51,508 nt of DNA, from assembly GCA_964586395.1 (NCBI GenBank), contig CAZPGP010000006.1, positions 1 through 51,508 of the forward strand, read 5' to 3'. The notes beneath the pieces were generated by a model, which was not told the origin of the DNA, did not search any database, and was given only the letters and a program-made list of their open reading frames with translations. Position 1 is the stretch's first letter. Every line of letters begins with the position of its first letter. This DNA comes from an uncultured Candidatus Saccharibacteria bacterium. GTDB taxonomy: Bacteria; Patescibacteriota; Saccharimonadia; Saccharimonadales; EFPC-124. The position numbers and the translations under genes were made by a program. Of this stretch, positions 50,673 through 51,508 are shown in pieces.

Positions 50673-51362
50673 TCAGCAACCGTCGTCGACGCGGTAGGTC
50701 TTGTCGTAGCCGAACTCGTCGTCGGCTTCGGCGGTCCACGTGGCGTGGTCCTCGCGGATCGTGCGGAGCTTGTGCGCCGGGGTGTAGTGCTTGTTGCGAC
50801 GGTTCGCACGGGCCTTGCGCAGGCGCTCACGGCGGTTCGCCGCGATCTGCTTGCGCGCGAGGGCCGTGCCGTGGTCGCCGGGCGCGATGTAGCGCCGTCC
50901 CTTCGCCTTGCGGCGGGAGTTGGGCGTTGTGCGCAGCCAGGTCATCTCGGCCAGGCGCGCATCCAGCGGATCGGTGTTGTCGATGGTGACGACGCCGATC
51001 TCGATGGCGACCTGCAAGGCCAACTGCGCAGCCTTCATCGACTTGATCAGCCGTCGAATGGCCTCACGGCGCCTCCAGAGCGTCTTCGACTCGTCGTCGA
51101 TCGCCTTCGCACGCATCTCCTCGTGCGTTTTCCACGCCACGTCTGGCGAGTCGATCTCGGCCTTGTACATCTCGCGTTCGATCAGGGCGAGCACCACGTC
51201 CATCTCCTTGAAGATCGACATCAGCTCGGCGTACGACGTCGCTCGCTGGGCCGCCATCTGGAGGTCCAGCAGTTGCATCGACAGCATTTCCTCCCTGCAG
51301 AGAGCGCCCATGGGGCAGTCGGTGCAGGTCGGCTCGTCCTGGACAACGGGGGTCAGCGACAA
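50673..51362 (-). CDS. GC-rich, highly charged orphan protein I (Cys-rich N-terminus, Arg/Lys-rich C-terminal half)
   Basis: The ORF extends to ATG 51413, but that part is AT-rich and contains an 8-bp palindrome. TTG 51362 lies 6 nt after GAGAGGAG. No family recognised. Confidence 0.45.
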   Translation of the reverse strand: MSLTPVVQDEPTCTDCPMGALCREEMLSMQLLDLQMAAQRATSYAELMSIFKEMDVVLALIEREMYKAEIDSPDVAWKTHEEMRAKAIDDESKTLWRRREAIRRLIKSMKAAQLALQVAIEIGVVTIDNTDPLDARLAEMTWLRTTPNSRRKAKGRRYIAPGDHGTALARKQIAANRRERLRKARANRRNKHYTPAHKLRTIREDHATWTAEADDEFGYDKTYRVDDGC

Positions 51363-51380
51363 GGCTAACTCCTCTCTCGG

Positions 51381-51403
51381 CCGCCAATTTCTAACATTGG
51401 CGG
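51381..51403 (-). promoter_or_regulatory. Perfect 8-bp inverted repeat in the leader of cassette gene I (possible operator or 5' hairpin)
   Basis: CCGCCAAT-ttctaac-ATTGGCGG, immediately upstream (in coding direction) of the SD sequence GAGAGGAG. Confidence 0.35.
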
Positions 51404-51444
51404 AATGAGACATATTCTAAACTATTTATACTGATTGGTCAAAT

Positions 51445-51458
51445 TATAAGCTTAAGTT
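51445..51458 (+). repeat. Junction-motif-like sequence TATAAGCTTAAGTT at the start of a further cassette
   Basis: Followed 6 nt later by another GC-rich hairpin. The cassette body lies beyond the window end. Confidence 0.35.
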
Positions 51459-51464
51459 GCGGAT

Positions 51465-51505
51465 GGCCCGCCCCAGAGGCTCTGTGCGGAGCGTGGGGCG
51501 GGGCC
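51465..51505 (-). terminator. GC-rich hairpin of a cassette truncated by the window end
   Basis: GGCCCGCCCCA...TGGGGCGGGGCC (one bulge). Same position relative to the motif as in the other cassettes. Confidence 0.4.
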
Positions 51506-51508
51506 GCG

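Noticed and set aside
50607-51368. 253-aa + strand ORF (and 50908-51408, 51064-51387) across island I
   Set aside because: They run through the cassette hairpin region and give Arg/Gly/Val-rich low-complexity products with no SD or start context. The - strand frame is bracketed by an SD sequence and a hairpin.

Overview
This 51.5 kb window has a compact, mostly plus-strand housekeeping backbone. By eye it is about 50-55 % GC. The gene set looks like a reduced-genome Patescibacteria/CPR bacterium of the Saccharibacteria type. It carries two lepB copies, an LCP enzyme, htrA, prmC-prfA, rpmE, rpsB-tsf, frr-uppS-M50 protease-CPBP protease, proS, greA, class I lysK, msrA, serS, hpf, secA, an M16 peptidase, murD plus a PP-loop partner, prfB, ftsEX plus a PcsB-like CHAP hydrolase, a Ctp protease, rpmA, xseAB, a soluble histidine kinase with a receiver, and recO. 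Both RF1 and RF2 are present, so genetic code 11 is assumed. I found no rRNA, tRNA, CRISPR array, transposase or integrase.

The striking feature is that the backbone is interrupted at ten places by short blocks of 0.4-1.5 kb that are visibly much GC-richer, carrying 12 complete ORFs plus one truncated unit at the window end. Most blocks look like self-contained transcription units. Reading in coding direction, the typical unit has an AT-rich sigma70-type promoter, a Shine-Dalgarno site, one GC-rich ORF, a GC-rich hairpin, and then a short junction motif. On the plus strand that motif reads TATAAGTTC or a close variant. Ten of the 12 ORFs lie on the minus strand, convergent with the preceding backbone gene. 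Only two products are recognisable: a short-form 6-phosphogluconate dehydrogenase and a MOSC-domain protein. The rest are orphans, including two paralogous pairs.

I interpret these blocks as a dispersed family of moron-like acquired cassettes, possibly from high-GC Actinobacteria. Source and mechanism are inference. All GC statements are visual estimates, and no database searches were possible.

Other observations are:
- a pair of covarying structured intergenic elements that share a 19-nt core
- a HEPN-motif gene translationally coupled to lysK
- a murD/PP-loop (MurL-like) pair
- a frameshifted FBP-like zinc-finger gene
- leaderless-type promoters
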